A stretch of 64,000 nucleotides of DNA from Gekko japonicus (taxonomy: Eukaryota), in NCBI RefSeq assembly GCF_001447785.1, contig NW_015177016.1, positions 524,502 to 588,501 on the forward strand, given 5' to 3'. Below are positions 61,645 through 64,000 of this stretch, in pieces. The notes beneath the pieces are model-generated. The model did no database searches. It had not been told where the DNA came from and worked only from the letters and a program-made list of their open reading frames with translations. The position numbers were made by a program, and so were the translations under genes. Numbering within the stretch: position 1 is the stretch's first letter; each line of letters opens with the position of its first letter.

Positions 61645-63034
61645 CCCTAGCACCACTCTTTGTCCCCAGTCTTGGAGAAAGGAAACAAGCCACTGCAAGG
61701 CTAGTCATTGGACTCCAATGTCAGCAAGGCAGTGGATCAGTAGCTGATGGTTGACCGTGTCGAATGCAGCCGACAGGTCTAACAACAACAGCACTGCCAA
61801 TCCACCCTGATCCAGATGCCTCCGGAAGTTGTCTGTGAGGACGACCAGTGCCGTCTCCGTCCCATGACCCGGGCGAAAACCAGACTGGAAGGGGTCTAGA
61901 ATGGAAGCGTCATCCAAAAAGCTCTGTAACTGAGTTGCCACTGCCCTTTCTATTATCTTGCCCAAATAGGGCAAGTTGAAACTGGCCAATAGCCAATTTG
62001 GCAAGATTCAAGGATGACTTTTTCAGAAGAGGGCACACCACTGCGTCTGTAAGTCCCTTTGGGAACAGCCCCTCTGAGAGGGACTTGTTGATAATCTCCC
62101 ACAAGGCACCTTGAAACCCCTCGTGACCAGCTTTAATTAGCCACGAAGGGCATGGATCAAGGGAGCATGTGGTAGGGCGTACAGTTAGGAGCAATTTGTT
62201 GACTTCCTCTAGGCTGAGTGGGCTGAAATAATCCATAATATGTCTAGAAGATGTGCTTGGAGCCTTGAGTTAATTCACTGTATCAACTGTAGCGGGAAGG
62301 TCGTGGCGGATAGAACAGTTTGGAATTTTTTGTAGTCAGACTAGCTAGTATGGATACCACATAATAATTTCTCTTTAGCTCCATATTCCAGGGGATAACC
62401 TTGTTAATATGTTAGAACCAAAATGAGCTTTTACGAAGTACATTGAACAGCAGGTAACTCAAGTATGTGGTACAGTTTCTAGCACTGGTCTTTAGCTAGC
62501 CATTTCCAGGTCAAACCCACTAGGTGTTTCTGTTTTATAGACTGAACATATCTTTTGATCCTATTATTCTTCCTTAATTGTAGTGTGACTAGTGGGTCTT
62601 AACATATTCTTTTTCTCTATTTGTTACTTATTCATTTTATGGACTTGATTTCAAATATTTTATAACATCATTCTAAACAATTAAATATAACACTGAATTA
62701 AAAATATAATGCGTCAAATTTATTCAGGCATTAAAATCATTTTTGCCTCATGAAACAAGAGTATACATGGTCCCAATGAAAGAGATAAGTGAGGTTACTT
62801 TGTATCAGTTATAAATTTGGCAGTCTACCAAATGTTAATTTGCTTTTAGCTAGTTGAGATTAAATGTAATTCCTTCCCTGAGCAGCCTTAAAGTAAGCAA
62901 CCATGAAAGCATTTTCAGAGTAATCTGGGAGGAATTGACATTTAAAGGAGTTAGCATTACATCTGCACTTTAAGGCTATTAATTTCATAGATAAATTAAC
63001 TACATTATTCTGTCTTTATCTTACATTTTGAAAG

Positions 63035-63174
63035 GACTCCATCAGCCAGAGAAATGGCAGCTTGGGGTCAATTGAAACTGCTCTTATCCCAACCGTATTG
63101 TAATTGGAACTTGCTTTTGGAAACACTGCTACATCATGATTGTCTCTTAGTAAAAATTTTGCTGAGAAGTTCCA
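63035..63174 (+). CDS. KIAA0825: KIAA0825 internal coding exon (last in window), phase 2 to 1
   Basis: ttttgaaag|G ACT ... TCCA|gtaagt. [46 protein letters not shown] matches the recalled [24 protein letters not shown]. Confidence 0.95.
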
Positions 63175-63671
63175 GTAAGTATCGATGCTATCTATAATTT
63201 GTAATAGTATCACTGTGGAAATACAAATACATTATTCAGGGTTGTCACGTTCCACTACTTAAATATTAGTGGATAAATAGTGGGCTGAATGTCGTAAATC
63301 GACATAAGGACATACACTAAGCTAAAGAAAATTGTATACGTTTAATTACTGACATACTTTCCATGCCTGAATATTTGCTTTTTATCATAGACCATGTATT
63401 GAAGGTAGATCAGTTTCATAGCTGTGGCTATTTAAGAAGGAATTAATATGTATTTAGATCATTAGACTTTATTATTCAAACTAGTGTGTCAGATCCAGCA
63501 CAAAATTTATGTTTGCTACCAATTTCTGGGCACTATAATATATAGGGAGGAGAGTGGAAGGTGCTGCACATGCTTTTGTGCAAGCAGAACCGCTAAATCT
63601 CTTTCAATTTATGCATCAGTGGATCCAACCCTGTGGTTTTTGATCTGTCATGATATTCTTTTTTCACCACC

Positions 63672-63829
63672 CCATCAAGTAACTGACTTATGGCAACTCT
63701 GTAGGAAGCAAGAGACACCTCTGCATCATGATCCTGGACTTCCCTGGTGGTCTCCCATCTGAATGCTAACCAGGGCTGACCCTGCTTAGCTTCTGACATC
63801 TGACGAGATCAGGCTATCCAGGTCAGGGC
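63672..63829 (-). mobile_element. 5S-rRNA-derived SINE (SINE3) with RTE-like tail
   Basis: Minus strand gcctgatctcgtcagatgtcagaagctaagcagggtcagccctggttag..gatgggagacc matches the 5S internal control region; followed by a gttgccataagtcagttacttgatgg RTE-type end. Confidence 0.8.
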
Positions 63830-64000
63830 ATGATACTCTTAGGGTGCAAGAAAGATGAGACATGGAAGATCTGAAGTTTTGATTTTACCTTACAAATTAA
63901 CTGTGATCTATTAGATTAGAACAGTGGTTCTTGGGGAGGGAATTTAACTGTTACCAGCATGTTTCCCAGTCCAAGTCATACATGCCTCTGAAGCCACTAT

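Larger units (their letters stand above)
57590..62312 (-). mobile_element. 5'-truncated L2 LINE (about 2 kb net) interrupted by three insertions
   Basis: PTTCSLDPCPSWLIK; LDPFQSGFRPGHGTETAL..LLDLSAAFDTV; CGVPQGAVL.PMLFNIYM..HQYVDVTQLY; DYYNALYMGLP..LQLAQNAAARL..LHWLP; (GATT)n tail at about 57590-57625. Confidence 0.92.

Noticed and set aside
63735-63829. 5S rRNA gene
   Set aside because: Diverged, lacks the true 5S ends and continues into a retroposon tail, so it is a SINE3 copy.

Overview
Vertebrate genomic DNA, most likely from a squamate and probably a gecko (Squam3-like and Sauria-like SINEs, 5S-derived SINEs, abundant L2/CR1/DIRS/Penelope). The whole window lies inside one + strand gene, KIAA0825 (DUF4495/C5orf36-like). 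Nine internal GT-AG coding exons between 21380 and 63174 join in phase into an open frame of about 507 codons; start and stop lie outside the window. The introns hold many nested mobile elements: a full-length but decayed Gypsy (Mag-like) LTR retrotransposon (30583-35349, - strand), a terminally complete but RT-deleted DIRS1-type element (about 15613-19072), three other DIRS fragments, a solo LTR, L2/CR1/L1 LINE fragments, Penelope palindromes, and hAT and TcMar MITEs with clear TSDs. There is a 140-nt N gap. The most unusual observations are: (i) a 2.25-kb TSD-flanked retroposed element with no RT and one unrecognised acidic/basic-repeat ORF (HAL1-like architecture); (ii) hAT-Blackjack-type MITEs whose central hairpin shows compensatory changes and carries mirrored ETS-CRE and GC-box motifs; (iii) a 49-bp head-plus-tail mini-SINE with a perfect 14-bp TSD; (iv) a CR1 insertion flanked by a 95-bp duplication that creates an in-frame L1-EN/CR1 chimeric ORF; (v) a patchwork of near-identical local copies at 55.4-56.0 kb. 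Family names come from motif recognition and memory, not database searches.
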